Positions 10,750 to 20,735 of a stretch of 64,000 nt of DNA are shown piece by piece. The notes beneath the pieces were generated by a model. That model was not told the origin of the DNA. It worked only from the letters and a program-made list of their open reading frames with translations, and searched no databases. Numbering within the stretch: the stretch's first letter is position 1; each line of letters begins with the position of its first letter. Origin of the DNA: Patescibacteria group bacterium (GTDB lineage: Bacteria > Patescibacteriota > Minisyncoccia > Phycocordibacterales > UBA2100); contig JBBTSD010000006.1 of the NCBI GenBank assembly GCA_038064835.1, forward strand, positions 7,669 to 71,668, in the 5' to 3' direction. The translations under genes were made by a program, and so were the position numbers.

Positions 10750-12195
<1,446 letters not shown>

Positions 12196-12197
12196 CT

Positions 12198-12446
12198 ATG
12201 AGCGCACAGACATTTCATCTCACTGTTGCTTCGGTGGGCGAGGCTGTATTCAACGATGATGCGATATCAGTGACACTCCCCGGAACAGAAGGTGTACTTA
12301 CTATACTCGCTCATCATGAGCCATTTGTGGCGGCCCTGAGAGATGGAAGTGCGCGCATTGTACAGGCAGACGGGGTGCACAAGGATATTGCTGTACATGG
12401 TGGAATTGTCGAGGTGTCAGATAACAAAGTTGCTATCTTGCTGTAA
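12198..12446 (+). CDS. atpC: F0F1 ATP synthase subunit epsilon, short 82-aa form (beta-sandwich domain only)
   Basis: Immediately follows atpD. The sequence ...LTVASVGEAVFNDDAISVTLPGTEGVLTILAHHEPFVAALRDG fits the epsilon N-terminal domain. The C-terminal helical hairpin is absent. Confidence 0.7.
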   Translation: MSAQTFHLTVASVGEAVFNDDAISVTLPGTEGVLTILAHHEPFVAALRDGSARIVQADGVHKDIAVHGGIVEVSDNKVAILL

Positions 12447-12478
12447 ATGACAATCGAAAACCTTGCTATACTTTCTGG

Positions 12479-14050
12479 ATGCTTTCGCGTGGCGGCGTGC
12501 TTTTGGTGATAACCACCTTTTTATTTCCTTTCTCAGTTACGGCTGTCGAGCCGATGCTTGAATGTATTCAAATTCAATCAAATGGCACTGTTCAGAAAAT
12601 TGAACGGGCGCTCACAGCAAATCCCGGACCACAGACATTTACCATAGAGTTGCGAGCTGGTGCAACCGAGCTCGTGAAAGCTTTGCAGATTAGCAGTTTG
12701 GTAACCAGCGAAGAGATACGCGTTCGAGGAGCCAGGCTTCAGATTGTATCGGAATGTGGCTTACAGGGAGGCTCGGTGGGATCGGTAACTATCTGTGTTG
12801 ATGTACCCGCAGGGCGAGGGCCGGTTTGTGGTGTAAAAATCCCTAAAGACAAAGCTGAGACACTTGCGACGGTCGCGGCTGCTGCGTCAGGACCGAATCC
12901 TGCAGATGCCATGCGGCGACTTTCCGGGGGGACGGCAAGTTCGTTGGCCGAACGAATCCGTACGATGGACCCACGGCTTCTTTCGACATTTCGATTTCCA
13001 CCTGAGATTCGGACTTTACTCGAACAATCCGGACTTCCAATAGAGCACATACCTACCCTTGAGCAAGAGCTTCGGCGGAATCCTCGCAAATTAAGCGACC
13101 TGCTTTCAGCGATTGCTGCGGGCAATACTACGGCTGTTCGTCGCGAAACTGATTCTTTGCGCGCAACGGTGAGTAATCGAAGTTGGGGGACGATCACGAT
13201 AAATTCCCGGGCTTTGGCTGAAGGTATGGTGCGTCTGTATGCGCCAGACCCAGGGAGACTTGAGAATGTACTACCACAAGTGGTGCGCACCGCTATCGCG
13301 GCACCTGTGGTGGACGCAGAAGTTAGTGGTTTTATATGCGGTGTCACTGCACCTTGTGCGGCTGATGTGGTTGGTAGAGTTACGGGGTTTGATCCACCAC
13401 CTTTACCAGATGATGCTGCGCGAAGGCTGCTTGCTCGTACTGGTGTGGCCTTGCCGGTCAATCCAGACGCCGTGCAGCCAGCGGCGCCTCCAAGTCTCGT
13501 CTCTGTATCGCCTCCGCCTTTGACGAGAGAATCTGCACCTACGGCAGGAGATATTGTAGGGCGCACTGCAGGTACGCCATCGTTTTCAGAAGCAAATCCG
13601 TTTCGCTCAATTTTTTCTGGACTGGGCTCGCTCACGCAAACAAATTATAGTGGTATTGGGTCTTCAGGACTCAGTGGTCTGTTTTCTTCGCTTTTTGCTC
13701 GGATAAACCCGGTGCCTCTCGTTGCATCAGCCCCTATGCCATCTGCAGTAATTTCACCACCACTTCCGCCGTCTATAGCCCTTTTTTCGCGACCAAGAGG
13801 AAGTGTTACGCGAGGTTCGCGCGTCGTAGTCACCTGGGCTGCGGCCGGGGTAAGTACCACAGAGCCTTGCGTCTTGTCTGAGGCGACTCGAGGTGACACG
13901 CTCCTTGCTCGTGGAAATTCTGGGTCATTCGCACTTGTTGTACCGCAAGACGCTATCACCGCGTTAGTCCCAGTCATCCGTTGCACTCCCGCGGACTCTC
14001 GCGTATCGTCTAAGGACGCTGAAAAATCAATAATCATCCGCATTCAATAA
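12479..14050 (+). CDS. Secreted hypothetical protein (523 aa), Pro/Ser/Ala-rich low complexity in the C-terminal half
   Basis: N-terminal signal-peptide-like LLVITTFLFPFSVTAVEP. Long open frame in a high-GC stretch, which lowers coding confidence. Confidence 0.45.
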   Translation: MLSRGGVLLVITTFLFPFSVTAVEPMLECIQIQSNGTVQKIERALTANPGPQTFTIELRAGATELVKALQISSLVTSEEIRVRGARLQIVSECGLQGGSVGSVTICVDVPAGRGPVCGVKIPKDKAETLATVAAAASGPNPADAMRRLSGGTASSLAERIRTMDPRLLSTFRFPPEIRTLLEQSGLPIEHIPTLEQELRRNPRKLSDLLSAIAAGNTTAVRRETDSLRATVSNRSWGTITINSRALAEGMVRLYAPDPGRLENVLPQVVRTAIAAPVVDAEVSGFICGVTAPCAADVVGRVTGFDPPPLPDDAARRLLARTGVALPVNPDAVQPAAPPSLVSVSPPPLTRESAPTAGDIVGRTAGTPSFSEANPFRSIFSGLGSLTQTNYSGIGSSGLSGLFSSLFARINPVPLVASAPMPSAVISPPLPPSIALFSRPRGSVTRGSRVVVTWAAAGVSTTEPCVLSEATRGDTLLARGNSGSFALVVPQDAITALVPVIRCTPADSRVSSKDAEKSIIIRIQ

Positions 14051-14052
14051 CT

Positions 14053-14334
14053 ATGAGTTTCACACGGACAATTGAAGACTTCACCTGTGCGCAGTGTGGT
14101 CTGCTAGTGCTTGGCGACGGCTACACGAATCACTGCACTGCATGTTTATGGAGCAAGCATGTAGATGTCGAACCTGGAGACCGAGCTGCGACATGTGGCG
14201 GCATGATGAAGCCGATTGCGGGCATCCGAAAAGGAGATTTGTGGGTAGTTCGCCAGAAATGTGAGCAATGCGGCCATGAACGAGAGAACCGCCTTTCCGC
14301 GCGGGATAGTTTTGGAGTGCTCGTGATGTTGTAG
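14053..14334 (+). CDS. Small zinc-ribbon protein, probable RNHCP-domain family
   Basis: CAQCG...YTNHCTACLWSKHVD...CEQCG gives two CxxC pairs plus an NHC motif resembling the RNHCP signature. Confidence 0.45.
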   Translation: MSFTRTIEDFTCAQCGLLVLGDGYTNHCTACLWSKHVDVEPGDRAATCGGMMKPIAGIRKGDLWVVRQKCEQCGHERENRLSARDSFGVLVML

Positions 14335-14389
14335 GATATTGCAAACCAGTGCGACCGTGGTATAATTTTTTTAGAAAAAGGAAAGGGAG

Positions 14390-14848
14390 ATGCCAATGTT
14401 GGATTTGGCTCGCATCGACTACATCGTGCTTACGAAATATGTTGAACCAACCGTTTGGCTAGTGGAAAAACAACGAGGGATCACACGATTTGGATTGGCC
14501 CGCGCCGCCCTGGCTGCCGCCACACTTTCAATTCTGATGTCCTTGTATGTGTCGGAAAATCACTCGTTCCTCTCGCTACTCTTGCTTGCGGCACTATGGT
14601 ACTTTAATGACCTCAGTCTTGATGCGCAAGAAATTGCCGATGCGGCAAAAGGGCATCCATACAACGAGTGGCGAGAACGCTGGGGTGTGCGTATCCTCGG
14701 CGCCGTTTTGATGCCAGGTGCGATTATCGCGCTTTCAGTGATTCGACCAGTCCCCGTGGGTGCAATCGAAGCGCTCTTTCTCATAGGAGCGCTCGTAATT
14801 TTCATGGGGTATCAATACATCATTTCATGTAACCCTCCGCCCTACTGA
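14390..14848 (+). CDS. Small integral membrane protein (paralog of the convergent gene 14901-15455)
   Basis: Four predicted TM segments. The C-terminal motif GYQYIISCNPPPY is shared with the paralog (SQYLMACNRMPPRY). Confidence 0.5.
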   Translation: MPMLDLARIDYIVLTKYVEPTVWLVEKQRGITRFGLARAALAAATLSILMSLYVSENHSFLSLLLLAALWYFNDLSLDAQEIADAAKGHPYNEWRERWGVRILGAVLMPGAIIALSVIRPVPVGAIEALFLIGALVIFMGYQYIISCNPPPY

Positions 14849-14855
14849 TATGAGA

Positions 14856-14886
14856 AGACCCTGCAATGCAGGGTCTTGTTTTTTTA
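14856..14886 (+). terminator. Intrinsic terminator between convergent paralogous membrane-protein genes
   Basis: agaccctgca-at-tgcagggtct followed by tgttttttt. Confidence 0.7.
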
Positions 14887-14900
14887 CGACAGTCCAATCT

Positions 14901-15455
14901 TCATCGGGGAACGCGAATTGGCATTTGCGTGAGCGATTCGCGGGGACTCGGGTGGTATCGTGGCGGCATCCGATTGCACGCCATGAGATACTGCGATGCC
15001 ACAAAGAACGCGAGCATTAGGCTTATCACTACCAAATTGAAAACACGATCAGGGTCGGCACTTGAGACCAACCACAACAGTCGGACCACTGTACCCATAG
15101 CAATAATCGCTGTTGTAGAGCGGATAACTGCCGGCTTTGGTTCTTGGAGTGGATTGACCGTGCCAGTTTTGCCAAGTGATTGCTCAACTACCCGCAGAAA
15201 ACGGTCTTCCAAAAATCCTACGAACGGACAAAATGCGACCCCAATCCATGCAATAGGCATAGCCAGCAAGGCGGTTTTCCCCAAAAGAACAGTAGCGCAT
15301 AGCCACACAAGGCTTGTGCACAAGCGCCCAAGAGCATACGAGTTCCAACCGCTATGGTACTCGAGGCGCCAGGCAAGTGGCTCTACTTTGCCAAGTATCC
15401 ATCGGTCGAGTGCAACGACACTTTCCATGAGAGGCTCCCACGCACTGTACTGCAA
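14901..15455 (-). CDS. Integral membrane protein (paralog of 14390-14848)
   Basis: TM-rich with the shared C-terminal QY(I/L)xxCNxxPP(R)Y motif. Preferred over the overlapping + strand ORF 14866-16134, whose first ~230 aa have no coding features. Confidence 0.5.
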   Translation of the reverse strand: MQYSAWEPLMESVVALDRWILGKVEPLAWRLEYHSGWNSYALGRLCTSLVWLCATVLLGKTALLAMPIAWIGVAFCPFVGFLEDRFLRVVEQSLGKTGTVNPLQEPKPAVIRSTTAIIAMGTVVRLLWLVSSADPDRVFNLVVISLMLAFFVASQYLMACNRMPPRYHPSPRESLTQMPIRVPR

Positions 15456-15552
15456 CTATAATACAACAAATATTCTGATTGTAAATAGTTTCGGAGTCTG
15501 TCACACCTGGGGATTTTGCATCGCGTCGATTTTTCTCGTGTATCATGGGTAT

Positions 15553-16134
15553 ATGGAAAAGCGAAAAATTTTCGTTCTGTTGGGAAACCCTGACAAAGAG
15601 TCTTTTACTGCATCACTCGCTCAAACATACGAAGATGCCGCTAAGGGCGCAGGGCACGAAATTAGGCGTATGAATATTGGTGACATGCAATTCGATCCCG
15701 TTTTGCAAAAAGGGTACAAAGAAATCCAAGAGCTTGAAGGACATTTAAAGGAGATGCAGGAGAATATCCGGTGGGCCGAGCACTTCGTAGTGGTATATCC
15801 AAATTGGTGGTGTTCCATGCCGGCAAAACTCAAGGGAATGTTTGACCGCGCATGGCTTCCTGGATTTGCCTTTAATTTCGACAAAGAGACACATGAGGTC
15901 ATTCAGCGTCTCAAAGGAAAGACGGCTCGAGTTATTGTGGTTGCTGGCACACAGAGTCCTTTTATGACCTGGTGGAAGTATGGCGACTTCACTAATGAGA
16001 TTTCACGAGGCATCCTCGGTTTTGCCGGATTCGATGTTGCTGTAACGACTTTTGGGCCTGCAGATTGCTGTCAGCCGTGCGACCGTGATGGCTGGGTAGC
16101 TTGCACCAAGTCACTTGGCGCGGCAGCTTCCTAA
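15553..16134 (+). CDS. Flavodoxin-like fold NAD(P)H:quinone oxidoreductase family protein (Flavodoxin_2; KefF/MdaB/YwrO-like)
   Basis: MEKRKIFVLLGNPDKESFTASLAQTYEDAAKGAGHEIRRMNIGDMQFDPVL and HFVVVYPNWWCSMPAKLKGMFDRAW match the family. Start chosen at the in-frame ATG 15553 inside the long ORF-track frame. Confidence 0.7.
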   Translation: MEKRKIFVLLGNPDKESFTASLAQTYEDAAKGAGHEIRRMNIGDMQFDPVLQKGYKEIQELEGHLKEMQENIRWAEHFVVVYPNWWCSMPAKLKGMFDRAWLPGFAFNFDKETHEVIQRLKGKTARVIVVAGTQSPFMTWWKYGDFTNEISRGILGFAGFDVAVTTFGPADCCQPCDRDGWVACTKSLGAAAS

Positions 16135-16211
16135 GCAAGTTGAATACGCTATACTTCTGACAGCTACCGGCATCTGAAAGGGTGCTTTGTTCGCTACAAA
16201 CGGAGAAGAGA

Positions 16212-17765
16212 ATGTCCGTGCCAGAAGTGGTCATAATCGAGCTTGGTTCCCAGTACACGCTACTTATCCAGCGCTCCTTGCGCGAACTTGGTGTTCGTTC
16301 GGTCGTTTTTGACCCTGTGGGTGCCCAAAAATGGCTGGGTAAGCATATACCCAGTGCCGTAATTCTTTCTGGGGGGGCCGCAAGTGTTTGTGATAAGGAC
16401 GCACCGCAACCTCCTAAAAGCATCTTGTCGCTCAAGCGGATTGATGGTAGGCCAGTGCCAATCCTCGGCATTTGCTACGGAATGCAGTGGTTGGCGCAAA
16501 AGCTTGGTGGGGAAGTACACTCATCGTTGGGGCATAAGGAATATGGCAGTGCCAAAATTCAATTCATTGGACCATCCAACGATCCGGTGTTTGCGGGCCC
16601 ACTTGTGCAAGAAGTATGGATGAGTCATGGCGACACGGTCACGAAAGTACCACCTGGCTTTCAAGTACTTGCCGTTGGCAGGTGGTCCTCAAAAGAACGG
16701 CTATGTCCGCCTGTCATGATGACCGACGGTAGCAGGTGGGGCGTACAGTTTCATCCCGAGGTCACCCACACAGTGCACGGCAAGGAAATGTTAGAAAACT
16801 TCTTGCATAGTGCAGGGTGTAAGAAGGATTGGGTCCCTAGGTCGCTCATTGCTCAAATCCAAGACCATGCGCAGCGAGAAATTGGGAATCGTCGTGCAAT
16901 CTTCGGGTTCAGTGGCGGTGTTGATTCGACAACAATGTTGGCGATACTCGCACCCATCCTCAAAGATCGGCTACTTGCGCTCACTGTTGATGCAGGGCAA
17001 TTGCGCGAGGGTGAAGTTGAAGAGATTCGTGTCCATGCACAAGCGGTTGGCGCGACATTACGCGTCATGGATGTGCGACAAGAATTCCAAGAGGCTCTTT
17101 CTGGGGCTGTAGATGCTGAAGAAAAGCGCAATCTTTTCAAGCAGGCCTACTCACATTGCTTTGTGCGCGCTGCGAAAGAATTTGGAGCTGCAGTGGTGTT
17201 ACAAGGCACACTTGCGCCAGACCGCATTGAATCAGGTGTGACCGGTGGGGTTCTCATAAAATCACACCATAACATTGGCTTGGATATGGGGGACTTGACA
17301 CAAATTCACCCGATAGATCACTTGTTCAAATACGAGATCCGCGCACTTGCACAAGAAATTGGGCTACCGGAAAGTGTGTCGAAGCGACAGCCATTTCCGG
17401 GGCCAGGTTTGTTTGTGCGCATCATCGGAGTTCCCGCGACTCTTGAAAAACTTGCCGTGGTGCGCTGGGCAGATGCTCGCGTCCGCGAGATACTCATCCG
17501 GCACGGAAAGTATAATCAGTTGTCGCAGCTGGTGGTTGCCTATGTTGGGGTAAACACCGTTGGCGTAAAGGGGGATGCCCGAGTTTACGGGGGTGCTATC
17601 GTTGTGAGGGCTGTTGATACGGTCGACTTTATGACCGCAGAGGGGGTCCATTTCTCAGATGAGGTTGAGAAGGATATTTCCAGCGAACTCACTCGCCATC
17701 CAGATATTGTCCGTGTGTGGTACGACCCAACAAAAAAGCCACCGGCGACAACTGAGCTGGAGTGA
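16212..17765 (+). CDS. guaA: GMP synthase (glutamine-hydrolysing)
   Basis: N-terminal class I glutamine amidotransferase (ICYGMQWL...H) then ATP-pyrophosphatase P-loop FSGGVDSTT and a C-terminal dimerisation domain. Confidence 0.9.
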   Translation: MSVPEVVIIELGSQYTLLIQRSLRELGVRSVVFDPVGAQKWLGKHIPSAVILSGGAASVCDKDAPQPPKSILSLKRIDGRPVPILGICYGMQWLAQKLGGEVHSSLGHKEYGSAKIQFIGPSNDPVFAGPLVQEVWMSHGDTVTKVPPGFQVLAVGRWSSKERLCPPVMMTDGSRWGVQFHPEVTHTVHGKEMLENFLHSAGCKKDWVPRSLIAQIQDHAQREIGNRRAIFGFSGGVDSTTMLAILAPILKDRLLALTVDAGQLREGEVEEIRVHAQAVGATLRVMDVRQEFQEALSGAVDAEEKRNLFKQAYSHCFVRAAKEFGAAVVLQGTLAPDRIESGVTGGVLIKSHHNIGLDMGDLTQIHPIDHLFKYEIRALAQEIGLPESVSKRQPFPGPGLFVRIIGVPATLEKLAVVRWADARVREILIRHGKYNQLSQLVVAYVGVNTVGVKGDARVYGGAIVVRAVDTVDFMTAEGVHFSDEVEKDISSELTRHPDIVRVWYDPTKKPPATTELE

Positions 17766-17775
17766 CTAACGATTT

Positions 17776-17810
17776 TCGCGCCTTGTGTCTTAACACGAGG
17801 CGCGTTTTCT
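17776..17810 (+). terminator. Probable terminator after guaA
   Basis: cgcgcc...ggcgcg stem followed by ttttcttgttt. Confidence 0.45.
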
Positions 17811-17870
17811 TGTTTGCCAAGGTCCTCGCGTTTTTAGCAAAGTGTGTGAGATAATCTGCAGGCTACATCT

Positions 17871-19067
17871 ATGCTGGATTCTCAGGGACATCTTGTGACT
17901 GGAGCAACAGGCTTTATTGGGAGGCATCTTGTCAGAGAGCTGTTGGCGCGCAATGAGCGCGTGTGGATTTTGGTGCGCTCCACCACAACCCAGACGGCAC
18001 ATGATCGGGCACGCGCTGTTTTTAGCACAGCGTTAGATTCTGGATTTTTGATTGTTTTGGAAGGTGATATTGTCAAACCTGACATGGGTCTTGATGGAAA
18101 AAGTCTTGCCGAGCTTTCCAAAGAAAAAATCACACTGTGGCACTTGGCTGCAGATCTATCGTTTTCACCAAAAAAAAGTGCCGTGGCGGAGCGCACGAAT
18201 CGAGAGGGAACCGCGCAAGTTGTTACTTTTGCCAATCGTTACGCCACTCGTCTTATACACATGAGTACGGCCTATGTCTGCGGGGATACGACAAGGCTTT
18301 TTACAGAAAGCGATTTTGATGTGGGCCAGCGATTTCGTAATCACTACGAGCGGTCAAAATTTGCCGCAGAGAAAATAGTGCAGGATCAGTGCGTTGTGCC
18401 TCATCTCATTTTCCGCCCCTCTATCGTGATTGGCGATGCCTACGAGGGTAAAGCAGAGGGGTGTACATTTGGATATTATCGCTTCGCGTTCATGTTACAT
18501 GTCTTTCAGGTATGGCTTTTGACAACACTAAACCGAGGCTCCGTAGGTGCGTTGGTTTTGCGTACACTCGGTACGCGTACTTCATCCAAAGACGATGTGG
18601 TACGAGCACCTTGGCTTCTGGTGCCCTATCCTACAGACGGTTTTGTCGATATGGTGCCGATCGATTATGTGGTCCAGTCTCTTATCCAGACGATGTTGCG
18701 GGCAGAGGCATGGCGCCTAAAAACATTTCATTTGACACAAAGGACTCCTCTTGAATCGCGCGTGGTGATGGATCAAACGATGCAAGACATGGGCATTACG
18801 GGAGTGCATTATCTACAGGTGCCCTCGTGGGTTTTTTTCTCTCTGGTACAGATTCTCTATACAATTTTATGGCCACTACGACCTTACACAAAATCGGTTC
18901 TCTGGTATTTGCCCTATGTTGCGCGACCGTATCATTTTGACCATGCACATATGGACGCACTGGGATTACCTGCTCCTTCTCAGCTATCTCGCGGGTTTCT
19001 ACAACGAATTAATCGTCATGCGAAAGATACGGTTTTCTCAACAATCAGTCTCGATAAGCTTTTTTGA
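17871..19067 (+). CDS. NAD(P)-binding thioester-reductase / fatty-acyl-CoA-reductase-like SDR (NAD_binding_4 family)
   Basis: VTGATGFIGRHLVRELL Rossmann motif, then GDIVKPDMGLDGKSLAELSKEKITLWHLAADLSF, typical of the male-sterility / thioester-reductase family. Extended C-terminus. Confidence 0.6.
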   Translation: MLDSQGHLVTGATGFIGRHLVRELLARNERVWILVRSTTTQTAHDRARAVFSTALDSGFLIVLEGDIVKPDMGLDGKSLAELSKEKITLWHLAADLSFSPKKSAVAERTNREGTAQVVTFANRYATRLIHMSTAYVCGDTTRLFTESDFDVGQRFRNHYERSKFAAEKIVQDQCVVPHLIFRPSIVIGDAYEGKAEGCTFGYYRFAFMLHVFQVWLLTTLNRGSVGALVLRTLGTRTSSKDDVVRAPWLLVPYPTDGFVDMVPIDYVVQSLIQTMLRAEAWRLKTFHLTQRTPLESRVVMDQTMQDMGITGVHYLQVPSWVFFSLVQILYTILWPLRPYTKSVLWYLPYVARPYHFDHAHMDALGLPAPSQLSRGFLQRINRHAKDTVFSTISLDKLF

Positions 19068-19070
19068 TGT

Positions 19071-19838
19071 ATGTATACCATCTCATTAGACAAAATGCGA
19101 AGCAGTAACAAAGATCGTGCGGGAGCCAAAGGAGCGACACTGGGCGAAATAATATCTCTCGGGCTACCTGTTCCGCCGGGATTTGTGGTGACTACCGAAG
19201 TGTGGGAAGAATGGCGTGAAGGTGGTGTCAGTGCTGAAGTGGCGCACGCTATCGAAACAGCAAGCGATCTTCTCAAAACCGAGCGATTTGCCGTGCGATC
19301 GAGCGCGACCGTTGAAGACGGATCTGACTCTGCATGGGCAGGACAATTTCGTACATTTCTTGATGTCGATCAGGAACATCTTGTTGCAAAAGTTTGTGAG
19401 TGCATGGCATCCGCACTACTACCTGGTGCGCGTGCCTATGGAGAGCAGAAGAGTGTTCGTGCCGAGAATGTCCCGGTCGCAGTAGTGGTGCAAGCCATGA
19501 TTCACCCCGCAACGGCAGGAGTCGCATTTTCGATGAATCCGGTCACCGGCAATCGTGACCAAGCACTTATCGAAGCGGTGAGCGGGTTGGGTCTAGGTGT
19601 CGTTGATGGGACACAGACACCGGATACATATATTTTTTCCAAACTAGATAGGTCGGTAGTGTCTATCCAATCGGGTGTGGACTCTTCACCGGGGGTTCTA
19701 CAAGGAGCACACGCGCAAGATATTTTGCAACATGTGCTTACACTCGAAGCGCATTTTGGTTGTCCGCAAGATATGGAATGGGCGTATGCGCACGAAGTGT
19801 GTTGGGTACTTCAAAGTCGACCTGTAACAACTCTTTAG
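19071..19838 (+). CDS. PEP-synthase/PPDK N-terminal nucleotide-binding (PPDK_N) domain protein; N-terminal half of a split PEP-utilising phosphotransferase
   Basis: DRAGAKGATLGEIISLGLPVPPGFVVTTEVWEEW matches the start of the PEP synthase/PPDK and rifampin-phosphotransferase ATP-grasp-like domain. The protein is only 255 aa. Confidence 0.65.
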   Translation: MYTISLDKMRSSNKDRAGAKGATLGEIISLGLPVPPGFVVTTEVWEEWREGGVSAEVAHAIETASDLLKTERFAVRSSATVEDGSDSAWAGQFRTFLDVDQEHLVAKVCECMASALLPGARAYGEQKSVRAENVPVAVVVQAMIHPATAGVAFSMNPVTGNRDQALIEAVSGLGLGVVDGTQTPDTYIFSKLDRSVVSIQSGVDSSPGVLQGAHAQDILQHVLTLEAHFGCPQDMEWAYAHEVCWVLQSRPVTTL

Positions 19839-19841
19839 TCT

Positions 19842-20735
19842 ATGCAAAGATTTCTTTTGTACATCAACGAACGCTTCTCTCCTGTCCAGCTTGTACCCCT
19901 CGCGGTGTTGTTTGGTTGTGCGATTGGTACTCTAGGGCCTACCCTTGCGGGGGTACCAATTGAGAGTTATAGGATCGTCGCGATTATTAGTGCGCTTTTT
20001 CTTTTTTTATTTCGGCTACGAGTCTTGGACGACATTAAAGATCATGGACACGACAGTGTGCACCATCGTGACCGCCCGGGCGCGCGCGGTATTATCGGGC
20101 AACGCGAGCTTGCTTGGACGGCAGGTGCGACAATCGTGCTCGAGGCCGTCATTGCCTATTTGTTTGGCCTCGTGCCTTTTATCGCCTTCCTTGTGATGAG
20201 TGTGTATGCTGGTGTTTTGTTTATAGAAGCTCTTGCTCGTGACCGAATACGGGATTTTTTTACACCGTACATTGTCCTTCATGAACTTTTGCTAGTACCT
20301 TTACTTGTCTATCTGTGTCTACTGGCGGCCGTGCCGATTGTTGCACTCGCCACATTTCCCCTTCTAGCGCTACTCGCTTTTCTCGGCGCCCTCTTTTTTG
20401 CGATCGAGGTTGCGCGTAAACTACGCGCACCGCAAGAAGAGGGGACTGGGAAGGATACTTACACGGCGCAGTACGGGGTACGAGGTGCCACGCTACTATT
20501 GTGTAGTACGGTCTTTGTTGCCTATGGTGCAATGGCCATAATTGCCTCTCAAACTACGCAAAAATCTGTAATTGCGTACCTACTGGGATTTCTTGTCTTT
20601 TTTGCGCTTTGTTATAACGCATTTTATTTTGCCTCTGTTCCAGTGCCAAGAAATGCCCGAGTATTGTTTGTAACTACTGTCGGATCTGTCGCCTTCTTTC
20701 TTGCGCTGTTACCCGGTATGCTATGGCTCTTATGA
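19842..20735 (+). CDS. UbiA-family polyprenyltransferase-like integral membrane protein
   Basis: About 8 TM segments and an Asp-rich motif LDDIKDHGHD (DxxDxxxD) after TM2, as in UbiA-superfamily prenyltransferases. Confidence 0.55.
   Translation: MQRFLLYINERFSPVQLVPLAVLFGCAIGTLGPTLAGVPIESYRIVAIISALFLFLFRLRVLDDIKDHGHDSVHHRDRPGARGIIGQRELAWTAGATIVLEAVIAYLFGLVPFIAFLVMSVYAGVLFIEALARDRIRDFFTPYIVLHELLLVPLLVYLCLLAAVPIVALATFPLLALLAFLGALFFAIEVARKLRAPQEEGTGKDTYTAQYGVRGATLLLCSTVFVAYGAMAIIASQTTQKSVIAYLLGFLVFFALCYNAFYFASVPVPRNARVLFVTTVGSVAFFLALLPGMLWLL

Noticed and set aside
12739-13635. 298-aa minus-strand ORF antisense to the secreted P/S/A-rich protein
   Set aside because: The product is Gly/Ala/Ser/Arg-rich with no start context. 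It looks like an antisense shadow ORF of a GC-rich gene, though the sense ORF itself is only moderately supported.
14866-16134. 422-aa + strand ORF spanning the whole 14866-16134 region
   Set aside because: Only the last about 194 aa, from ATG 15553, have a recognisable fold (flavodoxin-like NAD(P)H oxidoreductase). The upstream 230 aa are low-complexity and overlap a convincing minus-strand membrane-protein gene (14901-15455) that has a paralog next door.
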